Source of the DNA: a virus
Taxonomy: Duplodnaviria > Heunggongvirae > Uroviricota > Caudoviricetes
IMG/VR virus record: IMGVR_UViG_3300043451_000039
Coordinates: 1 to 64,000 of that record
Reading direction: 5' to 3' (one strand)
DNA length: 64,000 bases
Shown here piece by piece: positions 63,554-64,000 of the stretch (the stretch's first letter is position 1; each line of letters starts with the position of its first letter). Position numbers and translations under genes: made by a program. The notes under the pieces are model-generated. The model made no database searches, was not told the origin of the DNA, and was given only the letters and a program-made list of their open reading frames with translations.

Positions 63554-64000
63554 TTATGCTAAAGTAACATTAAATGTAGCAAGTTTAGTAAATCTCTTAA
63601 CACCAGCGTGGCAAGTGATAGTATCACCAGAGGCAAATGTGCTTGTTAAAATCTTGAAAGAACCAGAACCATTAGTTAATTTAACCTTTGTTCTATCTAG
63701 GATACCTGCTTCTGCTTCTAATTCAATAGAATCTAGGTCAGTGTGGCTACTTGTTACATTAACAGTAATTACATCACCAGCAGCAGGAGTACCTGTAGTA
63801 GTCATTGTTAATTCTGTAAAAATATCAGCTCTAGATTGTGGGCTAACTGCAGCATCAATATCAACAACAGTTCCATTTAATTTAACAATGAATGTATTAA
63901 ATGTGTCAAGGTTTACAATAGCAAGAGCAGAATCAAAATCAGAGTTCTGATTCTTAAAGAATAAATCTACTGGTAGATGTTTATCTTGATTAGGAAGAAC
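63554..64000 (-). CDS. Hypothetical beta-rich protein, 5'-truncated by the window edge (the ORF stays open upstream of the listed Met)
   Basis: Manual translation of 63806-64000 on the minus strand shows no stop (..VLPNQDKHLPVDLFFKNQNSDFDSALAIVNLDTFNTFIVKLNGTVVDIDAAVSPQSRADIFTELTMTTTG..). Confidence 0.45.
   Translation of the reverse strand, partial: VLPNQDKHLPVDLFFKNQNSDFDSALAIVNLDTFNTFIVKLNGTVVDIDAAVSPQSRADIFTELTMTTTGTPAAGDVITVNVTSSHTDLDSIELEAEAGILDRTKVKLTNGSGSFKILTSTFASGDTITCHAGVKRFTKLATFNVTLA

Overview
This window looks like a Tevenvirinae (T4-like) phage genome segment with almost every gene on the minus strand. It carries the NadV/NatV NAD+ salvage pair plus CobS/CobT-like, thioredoxin and Hsp20 genes, which is consistent with a KVP40-like (schizo-T4-like) vibriophage. 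From low to high coordinates it contains:
- a replication/recombination module: gp41 helicase (partial), UvsX, thioredoxin, gp43 polymerase, DexA-like exonuclease, gp30 ligase, Hsp20, RegA, gp62/gp44/gp45 clamp loader and clamp, gp46/gp47, gp55 late sigma factor, UvsW and UvsY;
- auxiliary/host-like cargo: rubrerythrin + rubredoxin, an SPFH/band-7 lipoprotein operon, a dATP/dGTP-pyrophosphohydrolase-like gene, a CobS/CobT-like pair, an AAA+ ATPase, and NadV + NatV;
- a late structural module: gp23, gp22, gp21, gp68/gp67-like, gp20 portal, gp19, gp18, gp17, gp15, gp14, gp13, a whisker-position fibre with a C-terminal chaperone domain, several tail-fibre-like proteins, LamG-like proteins, and a 1149-aa fibre with Hep_Hag-like repeats;
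- at the right end, a tightly overlapping four-gene operon (radical-SAM/SPASM enzyme, a 95-aa protein, a leaderless TRAP-type solute-binding-protein homologue, a PP-loop ATP-pyrophosphatase-like protein) that is the strongest candidate for an undescribed system.
Regulatory signals found: a family of at least nine conserved sigma70-type early promoters (TTGACT/TTTACT/TTGCTT, 17 bp spacer, TATAAT, usually preceded by GGGG), two T4-type late promoters (TATAAATA), and several rho-independent terminators, two sharing the stem GGGGAAC/GTTCCCC. No rRNA, tRNA or CRISPR array was found. Most plus-strand ORFs in the track are antisense shadows.
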